A stretch of DNA of 64,000 nt from Paraphysomonas bandaiensis. Lineage: Eukaryota > Protista > Chrysophyceae. Numbering within the stretch: position 1 is the stretch's first letter; the number at the start of each line of letters is the position of its first letter. The notes under the pieces were generated by a model. It was given only the letters and a program-made list of their open reading frames with translations, searched no databases and was not told where the DNA came from. Shown in pieces: positions 11,891 through 25,461 of this stretch. The stretch lies in the NCBI GenBank assembly GCA_965644295.1, contig CBFFRP010000338.1, positions 1-64,000 of the forward strand. Reading direction: 5' to 3'. The position numbers and the translations under genes were made by a program.

Positions 11891-12574
11891 TTTAATGTTC
11901 CTTGCTGCACGTCCACCCATCAACAATAAAACCGAAATGAATTGAAAGCATTGCAACCTCTTCGTTATTATCATTTATTTTCTCAACGAACACTCGTTCA
12001 TTGACTTCAGGTTCCAGTTTATCGTTTATATCGCCAATTATTTAAGCGAATTATTATGTCAGATGATCCTATGAATATTATAGTTTTTTATTAATCTTCG
12101 AGTTTTATCTTGGATTTTCGCAATCAACTTTTCAGCATAAAATGATGATATTTTATATTTTATATCAATTAATTGAAGCAAGCTGGAGTCAATTATAATT
12201 GCAATTATATTTGATGTCCCAATTTCAATAAATAGATACACAGCCGTGACAAGGATGAGGATGCAGAAGCGTAGGTAGTAGTACGTTGACTTTTGCTGTT
12301 TGTGAGCAATGAGCAATACCTAGTTGTACTTTTAAGGTATTTGAATTGGTGTGACCGTTTCTTGGAGAATACAGTTGTGGTTAACCGTAAGACATAAACT
12401 GATGATATGATAGAAATAATGTGAATATGTTGACTGTAGAAGACCGTGTCTATCTAATATCTGATAATATCGAATGTTTGTTGAGAGAATATAATTATAG
12501 CGAATATCTAAAAATGATGAGAGATTTCAATATCGCTTACTGTGAGAGTTAATCGGTCAGTTATATATTTATTT

Positions 12575-12985
12575 CTGCATATAGAGTGAACACATATATC
12601 TTATAATACTTTGACAGACCCTATCTACTATACGGCACACAGAGAGTGCACATAGAGGTCACGAAACACTTAAATAGTCTCTGTATATAGTATGAAGCAC
12701 ACAGAGCAGACATACACATCATATATCACTTAAAACAGTCCTTACGTGTTAAATGAAGAACAGAGTGAACACATACGTCATATACCACATACATGGTCCC
12801 TGCGTGTTGTGTGAAGCACACACAGCGAACATACAGATTACATACCATATACATAGTCACAGTGTGTTGTTTGAAGCACACAGGGCGACGACACTGAACA
12901 TATACCACATATCTAAACCTCGAATTGTTGTATGAACACATAGTGCATACAGATGTCATGTACCACACATAGTCATCATATAGCT
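12575..12985. repeat. Degenerate ~60-bp minisatellite (~7 units)
   Basis: Recurring GAAGCACACAGAG(C/T)GAACATAC..TCATATACCACATACATAGTC units. Confidence 0.75.
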
Positions 12986-13879
12986 AGTGAATAGTCATCT
13001 ACGCTGAGATACCATATGATGGTGACTATAAAATTCGTGAAAAAGCAGTTTTATAATATTGAAATTTTAATACGTATAAATAACAAGGTTACGTGTCGGC
13101 AATAACATCTACAATAATATAAAGCAGTAGAGCAGAATAAGAGAGAGTGTAACACACTTATGTACACTTCCACTTAAATACATGATCTTAAATACAGATC
13201 ACAAACCAAATATCACATTGATGTAAGAACCTTTTCTGGAAGCTTCAATATCGACTGCAATGATATGCTTCATATTCTCCAATCACAGCAAGGAGTTTGT
13301 ATCCAGATATATACTATGAATGTGACTAATAATGATTTAAGATCCATGGAAGACGCGGGCGATATTCTACGTAGCAATTAAATGATTATAACGGCACCAA
13401 AAAATGCACCAGGAACTGTCAGCATTGATTAGACTGACTTGACCATTCGAAGGATCTGCTTATATGTCGCATGTGTGGGCGGGACATGATATCGTCCCAG
13501 CAGTAGAAACAGCAGTGTCGTACAAAAAATGTAAAAATGCGGTTTTTGTAATAAGGTTTGTAGGACTATACCATACGGCGGTATACGCTCCTGCTTGTGG
13601 TTGTCGAAATATACGAAAATGTGTAGTTTTTAAGCTTCAAATGGCATCAAAAGAGGTCACAGGTTCGAAAGAACACGGACTGCTTGTTTCGCATCAAATG
13701 AAATATCGTGATCCAGACCTATTTCAGTTGATCGATATCGGTGTGCTCTATTAGTGTCAGTTTCAGTGCATATCCGCATTGTATGTGTTCATAACCCTGC
13801 AGAACAACTTCAGTTCCTCCTTGTAATCACCATGCCTTAATAGATTTATAAGTATACATGTGCTCTACATTTAAGATTT

Positions 13880-15346
13880 ATGTTTGAGAACAACTCAGAA
13901 GATAAGTTTTTAGATTTACTTGTTGACCAGAATGGTCAAACCTGTTGGCAATATCGGTCAGAGTTCAACATTAACAGTACCATCTATCCTTGCAGCATAA
14001 GAAAAAGTGTTGAAAGTGGTTTACACATTGTGTCTAACAGAACCTTCCGCCGGGGGGATAAAGTATTGGAGGACTTCTCTCTAGTAGCTGTGCCGTATGG
14101 CCCTCACAGTAATCGTATATGCTGGGCGTGCTTGCAACATGGGCATTCAAAAGTAAAAGTTTTCCCCAACATACCTTCTCTCTATTTTTGCAGTATGAAG
14201 TGCTTGCAAGAAACTGAACACTTTGTGGATATGTGTGGCAAGCTTCTAGTTCGACTAGCTTCGATAGAAAATTCTGAACAGTCGCACTTACTTCACCTCG
14301 CCGTGAAGGTTTTGTACTTGAGAGCAAAGAGTTGCACGGGTGTTGCTCTGCATTCATTCGGTAGAGTCGTTTGCCACGAGCAACATCGTGAGTGCCCTGT
14401 TCGTGGGCTAGAAACTGCGGTTGATATCTTATTTAACGGTATCTGCTCTGATGCACCTTTCCTGCTGTCGTGGTGTAGTGTAGATCGGAAGGCGGCTATT
14501 GTGGAGGAGGTTCTACGAAGTGTTCATTTTAATGCGCAGTCATGCCCTGTGCCACACCTTCTCTCCTCAGGATTACTGTGCGTATTTGATACCTTATCTC
14601 GAATGAACCACTCGTGTGACCCCAACACTGTAGTGTGTACCAGGGTGGAGAGAGGAATAATCTGCGGGAGTATTGTTGCCCTAAGATCACTAAAATCAGG
14701 GGAAGAAATCACGATGTCCTACTTGAGCCAACTCTGTCTTCCGGTGTCAGAGCGCCGTGAACTACTCTTATCTGCTTTCCTTTTCACTTGTCAATGCCAA
14801 CGGTGTTCCGCGGAGTCCTCGATTACCTCTAAACCATCAGCGGATATTATTGAACTACAAACTAATGCTCGTGTTGACGGGAGAAACCTTGTATATGTTG
14901 CTGATTCACTGGAAAAGCTAATACGAGAGGCACGATGTAAACGCGGTGCGCAGGTGTATGCCATCCACGACGTTACTCTGTATGGTATGGAGCAACTGAC
15001 TAGAGGAGCAGAGAAACTTGCCACTCATACCGCCATGCTCCTTACAATTCGCTTTGCCTCTATACTAGTTGCCTGTTGGGATATTTCAGGGATAGTAATT
15101 ACCCAACCCTCTCAGATCGTTGTACTTATGGCAGCAGCTAATGCTGCGCGTCAGTTGATGGCATCGAAATTGGTAGAGGATGTATCGAATCATATTTCCA
15201 CAGGGCGATCGCTAGCAAAGCTTGCTGTATTGCAGCTGTCAATGCTTTGCAACACTAAGAGTAGTAGTACTAACGGAGAGATGCATTTTTATTCTACGTT
15301 GAGAATGAGGGCAATGAAACTTTTGAGCCTATTAAGTCAGAATTGA
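13880..15346 (+). CDS. SMYD-like SET-domain lysine methyltransferase; may have short upstream exons from ~13641
   Basis: SET motifs GLHIVSNRTFRRGDKVL, RMNHSCDPN, GEEITMSY; post-SET FTCQCQRC; partial MYND-like CWAC...FCSMKC. Confidence 0.88.
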   Translation: MFENNSEDKFLDLLVDQNGQTCWQYRSEFNINSTIYPCSIRKSVESGLHIVSNRTFRRGDKVLEDFSLVAVPYGPHSNRICWACLQHGHSKVKVFPNIPSLYFCSMKCLQETEHFVDMCGKLLVRLASIENSEQSHLLHLAVKVLYLRAKSCTGVALHSFGRVVCHEQHRECPVRGLETAVDILFNGICSDAPFLLSWCSVDRKAAIVEEVLRSVHFNAQSCPVPHLLSSGLLCVFDTLSRMNHSCDPNTVVCTRVERGIICGSIVALRSLKSGEEITMSYLSQLCLPVSERRELLLSAFLFTCQCQRCSAESSITSKPSADIIELQTNARVDGRNLVYVADSLEKLIREARCKRGAQVYAIHDVTLYGMEQLTRGAEKLATHTAMLLTIRFASILVACWDISGIVITQPSQIVVLMAAANAARQLMASKLVEDVSNHISTGRSLAKLAVLQLSMLCNTKSSSTNGEMHFYSTLRMRAMKLLSLLSQN

Positions 15347-15987
15347 TATTTAGTTTGTTTGTAGTAGTTCAAGGTTAACATGATTGAAGATGTTGTGGCA
15401 CTTTGGAGACGTAGAAACTATAAGTATTGAAACAAGCTATCATCCACGCACTTAACGCGTGACGTAACGTTAATCAACGTCACATTGACGTTGCATAAAA
15501 ACATCTGAGTTTCAGACACCAAATTATGCAACTGCAATATATTATGTTGAATATTGCTGTTATGAGAAACTAGAAGCAGTGTGTGAAGGTACTTTGAATT
15601 ATAACCGTCACTTGAATAGTTGAATAGTACAGTGTTTAGAGACGAGGTTACATCTTATGAAAGTTTAGGGTTAGGGTTACATTCACTGTAGAAGATTGTG
15701 TCTAATATCTGATATATTCATTGGCAATAGTGAGAATATAAATTTAGAATTTAGTGAACGACAATAAATAATGATAAAAGATTTTTACCACAAATTTTAA
15801 TTGATTGAGTGTGTGTGGTATTACAGGTTCAGTTACTTTACATGTAATCTAAATGTCGAAATATGTACAGACAGAAAGATACTTTGTCTTTTGACAGATT
15901 TCTGTCCTCCTATAATTCCTGCTTTACATGTTCAGGATTTGTATCACTATAATTTGTGGCCTAAGGTGAACAGCATGGATGCTTAAA

Positions 15988-16087
15988 TTAAGCAGGAAGC
16001 CCAATTGCCCTGGAGACCCTTAAGGTGGGCCCATTCCTGGAAGCCTGCCTATTCGTCAGGGCCCAAAGATGACTACACAAGAGACAT
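15988..16087 (-). mobile_element. Fragment of the SINE-like GC-rich family
   Basis: Matches 47690-47785 (GGTGGGCCCATTCC..CTATTCGTCAGGGCCCAAAGATG). Confidence 0.6.
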
Positions 16088-16099
16088 ATATTACTTCTA

Positions 16100-17558
16100 T
16101 ATATATATGCGCTCCGAGAGCAGGAATGGCACACCCTACTCTCTAGAATGCAGTCTTCACCACGGAAACACCTCATTCTCCCCGACCCCCCACCTAGTCC
16201 ACTGACACACGCCACACACTACAAATTCTCTACGTAGAACGTCAACGGCAACCCCTCCAGTGACCCCGGAGAAATAGAAGCCATACTCCACTTCATCCGA
16301 TCTCAAAGTATAGATTGCCTCTATCTCCTCGAAGTACGGCTCTCACAGCGACAAGCAGTCTATCTGGCTGACTACATACAAGACCAGATTCCAGGGGTTC
16401 TCGTTTCTTAACACGAAGCCGACGCTCGGACCCACCGATCCACACATGGGGGGCGCAATCGCGGTAATAAGTGAAGCATGGAAAGGACGCATCCGATATA
16501 CCAGATCCGATTGTACGGGCCTCGGCCTCATATCACGCATTGAATTTCACACCGGCAAACCAGACACCGACGATCGACTCACCATTGTAGGAGCATTCCT
16601 CCCCCCTAAACCTGCAACAGATGGCCCGTGCACGCTATTGGCATCATTACGAGCATTTGGAAGAGCGACTCCCAAAAACGGTGCCTCACAACCGTACACC
16701 ATCCTCACAAACATCCTCACTAAATGGATTGTTATGGCCAGGGCTAACGACCACACATTCCTTCTTGTAGGCCGAGACTTCACTGCCTCGCTCGAAGGCC
16801 ACACTGGAAAGCAGCCTCCCTCCAACTCACAGCCCCCCTCATACAGTTCCTCAATACTGAGGACTTATACTTTAACTTCTTGCAGAATCTCTAGAATAGA
16901 CCACATCCTTCACACCCCTCGTACATTCACATCTCTGGCAACGGGTGCTACACCTCGGACGCCCTCGCGGCAGCAACTTTGGACCACAGACCGGTCTGGA
17001 CCGACATCTGCAAGGATCCCCCAGCCGAAGGATCAACACCCACTCCCTCCCGGAGCCCTCGGAACATCTACACCCTGCTGACCACGCCGCAACCACACTA
17101 ACACTAATCCACCGCATCACCATCAAAGCAACTCAGGACACACGTACCGCGGATAGAAAGCACGCATTTACCACCCAACGCAAGCGCTCCCGATTCAAAG
17201 ACGGCTTTTCTGCAGAAATGAGAGTCATACAGACAGCACTACACTAGACTTAGTCATCTACCTCAAAAGAAAGTTTTTCACTAGCTGTGAACCCACGTCA
17301 AATGTTGACATGGACGGTCGCGACAACCAATAGCACACAGTTTTACACCCTGCGGGATGACGTTACCCGATTGTACAGATCAGAAATGCGGAAGCGCATG
17401 ACCCATAGGACCCACACCATCCAGGCCTATCTGGTACTCCAACACATCGGGAAAGTCCTAATACGCAACACCGGATTGTAAGCTCCTCGTCCTCAATACT
17501 TGACAAGGCCACCAAAGCATCTTGGACATACGACAAACTACTTGCGATGGCCGCTAGG
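16100..17558 (+). pseudogene. Decayed LINE ORF2 N-terminus: apurinic-endonuclease (APE) domain
   Basis: YKFST*NVNG..IDCLYLLE, GGAIAVI, LTIVGAFLPP, LLVGRDF, SRIDHIL and LDHRPVW occur across shifted frames, in the APE motif order. Confidence 0.8.
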
Positions 17559-20500
17559 AACATAATTCGTCTCCCTCATGGATACCCCACGGATATTTTA
17601 CACCTTCCCATGCTTGGACTGCGAAACCCACGCCCAAACTCTTCAACGAGCCCTCACACTCGGAGAGTGCTGCCGACACGTACATCACTAGCCTGGTCCA
17701 ATAGGGGCGTCCGTAGTTGGCAATAAACCTCCAGGATTTTTTCCGCCGCGTCCAGACCGCTAAAAAAAGTTGAGAAAAACGCACTAGAAGCGATCCAACA
17801 TTATGTGTCCCCAACCTGAGCAATACGAGCGCTTTCTGTCCGCGCTTGAAGCAGCCTTTAAAAAAGACTTGTACGAAGACGACAGAGGCCCTACTTATCA
17901 GTCAAACGACTTATGCTCCTCTTCGCCTGGAATAACTGACGGCTTCAAACCCAAGAATAAGTGAAAGATTTATGCAAGGTTTCTAAGTATCATCAAGAAG
18001 AAACGGGATTAGCAGCCGCGAATATACTCATACAAAAAGGTACAAAAACTTTGCTGAATGACGCATCTGTGTCGTGGTAGTAGTTTATTAATGTCATTTG
18101 CTGCTCCGATCTCTATGGCTTTGGAGACTAGTGTGTTCATAATACATTAACACTTACTCCAATTTACCTGGTTAGTTCTAGATATATCGAAGCCTTTGAT
18201 TCTTCTGTAGGGCAAGATATTTCAATGAGGCTCTCCCCCCCACCATAGATCCCACAACATTTTGAGAAGCACATGAGCCATATACTTTTCCATTACAACG
18301 TCAGGTATTGGAAGTATTGGTGATAACTTATTATAGTTGTCTCTTTCTACCCAAGCAGGGTAATTCTCATCAACAAGCCAATGCGAAAATGCCTTGATCC
18401 TATCTGCATACTGCCTGAGGGTACTATCCGTTAAGCGCATCTGCTTGGTTTGCAGTGTAATCTCATCTCTGAACTCACTTTGCTCTCTAATAATATCCAT
18501 TGTTCTTTGCTTATTCTAAGTGCTTGGTTCCTAAAGTTTGCAGTTTATGGACATTAGTGTGGTATCGTTTAGATGGCGATAGTGGCCAAACGGTAAAAAA
18601 ATGCCGAAATATATTGTGTTCGTAAAATCCTGATATTCTAGATATCATAAATATATGGTCGAGATAATCCGATTTTCCGAACATCTTATTTTTCGGCAAG
18701 CCCGTTATACGGTGATCCAAATATTCGTAAAAGTGGGATATTTATTATTAATTCACTATTACAACACACAAACTATGAATTCTTTACTTCATATTAGCCT
18801 CTCTAACTAAACGTTATATGTGAATTCAATGCCAGATACTAAGAATCGCAGTTTTGTGCTGTTACGCACCGTGGCAGCTGGTAGAGTCCTTTCTAAAGGA
18901 TTTAATAAGTTCAGGAGGGATAACATCAATACTCTGTAAAAAGACGTTCTTGGCGTTCCAGACATGACTATCAGAAGTGATGTATTATTGAGGTACGAGT
19001 AGTATGTGAGTGTATCTTATCGTAAATTCGTATTTATAATTGGCTGGAACTCGAAACTTCACACCAAACTTCCAGGCGTCCAGACTTCTCACTTTCTCTC
19101 CAGGTTTTTTCAGAGGTGTCCGGACATAATTCGTCTCCCTCATGGATACCCCACGGATATTTTACACCTTCCCATGCTTGGACTGCGAAACCCACGCCCA
19201 AACTCTTCAACGAGCCCTCACACTCGGAAAGTGCTGCCGACACGTACATCACTAGCCTGGTCCAATAGGGGCGTCCGTGGTTGGCAATAAACCTCCAGGA
19301 TTTTTTCCACCGCTAAAAAAAGTTGAGAAAAATCGCACTAGAAGCGATCCAACATTATGTGTCCCCAACCTGAGCAATACGAGCGCTTTCTGTCCGCGCT
19401 TGAAGCAGCCTTTAAAAAAGACTTGTACGAAGACGACAGAGGCCCTACTTATCAGTCAAACGACTTATGCTCCTCTTCGCCTGGAATAACTGACGGCTTC
19501 AAACCCATGAATAAGTGAGAGATTTATGCAAGGTTTCTAAGTATCATCAAGAAGAAACGGGATTAGCAGCCGCGAATATACTGCTGTTGTATGGTGAACT
19601 GCCATATGAACTCTGTATATGTCAACTAACGTTCATCTCTATATGTTACTTTAAACTGTCAATGGTGCCATGAAACAAGATGATTTCTACACCAGAAGTC
19701 GATATCTATCTACTTGACCGTCATATTCTCATCAACCCCTCCACTAATGAGATGCCTGTTCATATATGTACGTGAGGGGGTCTGTGAGACTACGACACTA
19801 ACAATGACGTGTGCCAGTCAATTATCTTACGCATATTACTCTGGCGTCCCTTCACGTAATCGTAGAATGTCGTATATGACATTTCTCCGATGCGCATATT
19901 GTCAAGAAGAACGGGATTAGCAGCCGCGAATATACTCATACAAAAAGGTACAAAAACTTTGCTGAATGACGCATCTGTGTCGTGGTAGTAGTTTATTAAT
20001 GTCATTTGCTCCGATCTCGTTTATCTCTATGGCTTTGGAGACTAGTGTGTTCATAATACATTAGTTCTAGATATATCGAAGCCTTTGATTCTTCTGTAGG
20101 GCAAGATATTTCAATGAGGCTCTCCCCCCCACCATAGATCCCACAACATTTTGAGAAGCACATGAGCCATATACTTTTCCATTACAACGTCAGGTATTGG
20201 AAGTATCCGTTAACCGCATCTGCTTGGTTTGCAGTGTAATCTCATCTCTGAACTCACTTTGCTCTCTAATAATATCCATTGTTCTTTGCTTATTCTAAGT
20301 GCTTGGTTCTTAAAGTTTGCAGTTTATGGACATTAGTGTGATATCGTTTAAATGGCGATAGTGGCCAAACGGTAAAAAAATGCCGAAATATATTGTGTTC
20401 GTAAAATCCTGATATTCTAGATATCATAAATATATGGTCGAGATAATCCGATTTTCCGAACATCTTATTTTTCGGCAAGCCCGTTATACGGTGATCCAAA

Positions 20501-20581
20501 TATTCGTAAAAGTGGGATATTTATTATTAATTCACTATTACAACACACAAACTATGAATTCTTTACTTCATATTAGCCTCT
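17559..20581 (-). mobile_element. Head-to-tail tandem of an internally deleted Crypton-like (tyrosine recombinase) element: 18802-20581 plus a partial copy at 17559-18801
   Basis: 17560-18801 is near-identical to 19123-20581 apart from indels. ORF 18222-18500 (TDSTLRQYADRIKAFSHWL) resembles a YR N-terminal core-binding domain. No TIRs seen. Confidence 0.55.
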
Positions 20582-20920
20582 GTACAACGCCCCTGGGCAT
20601 ATTTTACTAATGCCTCGCCACCACACCACTCTAATAGCGCTCTATAAAATGGACGCGCTCACACCCCGAACGCAGAAATGAAGATCAAAGCAACTGGACC
20701 TACAACGACCGCGGCATCTATATATCGCCGGCGCTGCCGCCAGTGGCGATTGGAGCCTCCAACTACAGTGTACGCTACACACATACTGGAAGAATTCTTC
20801 ACCACTGTCGAAGATACGTTACACACCTCCTCGGTCCCATGCTAGAAGACGTCACAGACTACCAATTGGCCGACGCATTCGGACGCCACATATCCAGCTC
20901 ACTGCCCGATCATCAGTTTC
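20582..20920 (+). mobile_element. Decayed LINE ORF2 3' fragment
   Basis: QLADAFGRHISSSLPDHQFH matches QLTDAFGRHISSSLLEHQFH of the LINE at 3279-4064. Confidence 0.8.
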
Positions 20921-21469
20921 ATTTTCAATAATCGGCGATGTGAGCAAATATATTATAGGCGATATTAGATGTGGGAACTTGCTATAGCGAATATCTCCAT
21001 GTTGAAGACATAATTCTACAGCACGTATATATGTTTTATGTAGCACTTTATAACATGAACTTTTCAACCATGTATGTAACGTTTTATAAGAACCCCCGAT
21101 TTTTTATGCTTATAACATCTTGAAACCACCTTTAAAATGTAAATAAACTAGATGAGTAGGTAGTGCATGTCCTATACTATGTGTATGCAACATAGCATTA
21201 GCTAAATTGTAAAGATAGTTAGAGTGTTCCACATCAGTATAATCCATAACCTAAGAACAAACACCCTCCTCGCAATATCTAACTTCTTGTGTTATTGTAT
21301 GATCAATCTTAATCTGTCTCTTAGGGTAGAGACATCGTACAGATTTTGTAGCAACTTAGTGTAGGCATAATCGTACACTTCTTGATCGTTGTTCCTTGTT
21401 ATATCCTGTCTGACTTCTCTGGACACAAGGATCAAAGCAGGAACTCCCGTAGCGTACATATTATTACTC

Positions 21470-22330
21470 TTCTCACACTCCCCAAAAAACATAGCATAGG
21501 TTTATCTTTGAGTACATCGTACACAATAGGATCAGTGAATAGTGTTGATTGAATATTGGATGATCATGAGGATACATCTTTTGAAGGTCACCATGATGCT
21601 TATGATGATATATTACGGATGCTAATCGAAATCGTCCGGGATACGCTGGTATAATATTTGACCATTCCAGCATAGTTCTTATGTATTGCAATGTTTCCAA
21701 TCAAAATGTAGTGGCAGAACGTCAAACTCATCGCCAGTAAACTTTAGTTGAGCAACTGTTCTTCCAACCATTGCGTCACCATCCTGCTCTGCCGACATGT
21801 AGCAGTCTTGAGTTTTTCCAACTGACTGACCAAGCTCTTAAACATACCTGGGCTTTACTTGGCCCATCAATACGAGACTCTGAAGTCGCATGCAATGGCT
21901 CGTTTGTAACTTGATATAGATTTCTTTAGGGCTTCGTCCATTCCACCTGGCCATTGGGATCCTATTTTGTCCATGTCAGGACGATCGTAACAGTGCCACC
22001 ATTTAAGGGCTGACTTATAGTTCTGATACGTCTGTGCACTAACCGTTACTTTATTTGCAGCAGGGTTGTGAGTGTCATCCACTGCAGGATCATCAAGGTT
22101 CTCCACTGTGTCTTGCCCACCGTGTTTCCGCTTCTTTGGTAATGTGGTGTCTACAGAAATTTTGGCGAACAAGAGTTTAGCTGTTTGTACTGCCATCGGA
22201 AGTTTCAGTACATCTTTGGCTAGTCCAGTATGTTTCCTTGCCACTCCAGTCTCATCGATATCAAGAGCCAGTTCACGTAACCATTCAATGTCATTTGATG
22301 GTCATAGTCTCTCATTGAAGAATATAAAAT
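21470..22330 (-). pseudogene. Crypton-type tyrosine recombinase relic
   Basis: TVSAQTYQNYKSALKWW...SSYKRAIA, then VGKTQDCYMSAEQDGDAMVGRTVAQL...FDVLPLHF (catalytic-Tyr region), then LASVIYHH..HPIF. Motif order recalled from stramenopile Cryptons. Frameshifted and centrally deleted. Confidence 0.7.
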
Positions 22331-23168
22331 ATTCGTTCCTGCTGAAATTGCACTACCAAGCACAAGTCTTCCATCATGATGTTAGTAATTTAATTGAAAT
22401 GTGAAATAGCTCAAATTGCTTAATACTGATAGTGTGTTAACCGCTATAGTTATGGACACTTTTAGACACCATGGAGATATGGCGATAACGAGCGCTAGAC
22501 TATAAATACACTGTACTACACAATACTGAACTGTATAATAGAATAATGTATAATGTAATTTAGAATAAGCACGATTTCGACTGACTGTTTAATAAACTAA
22601 GGCTTCACTAACCACTCAAAGAAAATTTGCGTTCATGTTCTTATAGTAATTACCAGCTCCTTTTTGTGTGATTTTTATACGAGTAATGTCTCTGTCCTAT
22701 CATGGTCTACAATATTACGACGCAGCATCCTTTGTGCAGTGAGTAGTAGTACCAGTTGTTCGCCTTTACCTGACACTATTATAGCAGCAGAACCATATTC
22801 ATCGTCATAGACAGAAGTTGGTTCGATTGAGGACCAACTCGTCCTGTATTCTGCCACCTTTGGCGTTCATCAATACGCCTATTGCATTTCAAACACTCTA
22901 GTTAAATCAATCAAAACGGAAACCCATTAAACCTTCGAAGTTATGAATATCCTTAAACCACCTCTAAATTGAAACTTAATATTTGTTCTAATTCTGCATA
23001 TCTAACTGCATGTAAATTTCTCTTAAATCATATGATATACGTACCTACCTGGGACCTGGTACTACCAGCGACTTGCGGTTGGTAACAATATACACCACAA
23101 CAAGTAGTAGAAATTGTATAACAATGGGAACTTACACATATAATTTGGCCAGAAAGCTCTGCAATAAG

Positions 23169-25090
23169 TTACTTTGCCTCACTTGAGGATTCAGGATTGT
23201 AATTATTTTCGAAATTCCAACGAACTATTGCCGCTTCATTTCTTCCAGACTTTAAGCGATTACCATACACAACAATAACTTGACCATCGCATTCGGTGTC
23301 AACAAGCTTTATATCAGGCTGCGGAGTTCGTAAAAACTGAGCTACGATATTTGGAATGCTTTGCGAAGATATCTGTAAAGCGGAGAGTGAAAATACTTTC
23401 AATAGGCTGGAAATGCAATCATACCATATTATATTGACAGTTAATATGCATCGGGTGCACTCTATCCATCAAGTCACTGCTGGTCAAAGACAGTAGCCAA
23501 GTAGCCAAGTAGGATGCCGCTTTAATGGTGAGCAAATTAGATCTGAAATCGATCAGCTTTATATCGTTAACGGGCATTAGTCTGAACCAGTCAACCAGTT
23601 GCAATACATCGTCGTCTGTTAATGCGCATCGTGAAAAGTCAATAGCATCGTACTTTAAGGATTGAGGAACTGTAACAGTGTTATTTATTGAAGCTATACA
23701 TCTCATGTACTTTGCAAGTAAACACTTCTTTCCCTGGTATTGTACGGAATGCGAGGTTTGATGTTCTATTCTTGTTAAACTTTCATCCTCTGACGCCAAC
23801 GCACTAGATGATGTATGAGGTGCCGTATCTTCGCCCAACGTGAGGCCGTTCTGAGACCCGTCAACACAATCAAACGGATGAATAACACTTTCACTTGTTT
23901 CTGAAATACTGGTGTCTTCTCGTAATCGTGTTCGAACAGACAACTCATCGCTTAGAATTCCTCGACTCCGAAATCCACTGTTTGCATTTTTTCTCAACGA
24001 CACCGCCTGTGGCAGTGATACACTGGAAGCCTCGTAATCCAAGTATGCGCTACCACCATTCCTTTTTTTACTAGACCATTTATCGACGCGAGTTAAACTG
24101 TCAACTTTCCTCTCTAAAAACTGATTGTGCTCTGTCATATCTCTCAAAGTCAACTTCAGAGATACAACCCTCTGCTGCAAAATTTCGTTCTCTTTGCGAA
24201 GTCGTCTTTCAAGAACCTTCGCCATACTACTGCTTTCTTCTGCTTTCGAAACAAAGCTGTGTAACATTTCATTGCTATCGTCTGCCTTCTTGAGGGCATC
24301 TGCAAGGCGGCTCTTCAATATATTAGTATGGTTAGCAGATAAATGAAGGGTATCTACAATCATTTCATTATCATCCTTAAATTTCTGCAGCTCCAGTAAA
24401 GCCATTTCTGCTTTCAACAAGGTCTTATACTCTGTTTGTCTTGAGCGCGCTATCTCATCACTTTTCAGCTCACTTTGAGTTTGCATTGAAGTTCTATACT
24501 GCGCAATGGTGTTGCTTTGGTCGTTGACAACACTGCGTAGCTCTAACACCAGTTTCTTCTCCAGTGCAAGTTTTTCTTTCAGCTTACGCAATTCCGTCGT
24601 GTATTCGATTTCTTTTTCAGTCATACATTTTGACCGATTTTCTATTGCAGCTTTCATACTATCTGCATCACGACCAATTCTCTCTGCCTCACTACGTGCA
24701 GCCACAGCATCTTTTTGCTCTCTCAAAAGTTTATCAAGTAACATTTTATTTTGACTGGAAAATTTTTCAAAAGATTTACTTTCAATTTTTGCGGCTTTGA
24801 GTTCTTCTTCCAATTGATTAATCTTACCATCTCGTTCAAATATAATGTCGTTGCTTGAATTGAGTTGTTTCTGAAGCTTTTCGTACAAAATCCTGCTGTC
24901 GTCTAACTCTGTTTCCAACAAATTAACAGTTTCTTGGAGTTGTCTGTTTTCATCTTGTTGCAGTGTTACCACCTGAGTGATTTTTTAGTTCAACATTCCA
25001 GTACTTTGACTGGTGTACCTTTTGAAGGGACCTAATCTCTTGCCTTAAAGACTCATGTGTAACTTCTTTTCCACTCACTTCCAGTGACAT
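23169..25090 (-). CDS. Long coiled-coil protein with a short C-terminal LRR-like segment; at least 3 exons; the 3' end may extend to ~22675
   Basis: Exon 1 25090-25019 (MSLEVSGKE..LQK), 46-nt intron, then the 517-aa ORF. Heptad-rich N-terminal half; LRR-like IDFSRCALTDDDV and IDFRSNLLTIKAA. Confidence 0.8.
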
Positions 25091-25461
25091 TTCCGCCAAC
25101 AATGGCCCGAACAAGTGGATGAATTACCCCTTGAGCAATTACCAATCTGCTCACTCCTTTCCGAACTCGTCTATATATATAACTACACCATACCCGCAAC
25201 TGATGCAACCCTCAGTGCCACACCGTCTCTTTTCTAAAAACGTTACTCTAGAGATATACTGATATACTGTATATATACTGCTGTATTCCACACACTTTCA
25301 GAGCTCCCAACACACAGCATACTGCTGTACAGCACAGCGTACCGTTCCTACAATTCTGAATTCAATTCTGCAGTGATGTTGATGTAAATCTGAAGCTACT
25401 GCACTTCTCCCCGTTTGGAATGACCACACCTCTGGAATTTTGGTAATAGAAGAGTTATCAT

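Noticed and set aside
14034-15024. Antisense and alternate-frame ORFs over real genes (also 7723, 24125-24800, 49330-52065, 59009-60132)
   Set aside because: Shadows of the coding strand with no recognisable motifs.
15664-15680. TTAGGG doublet (also ~47313)
   Set aside because: Only two units; compatible with chance.
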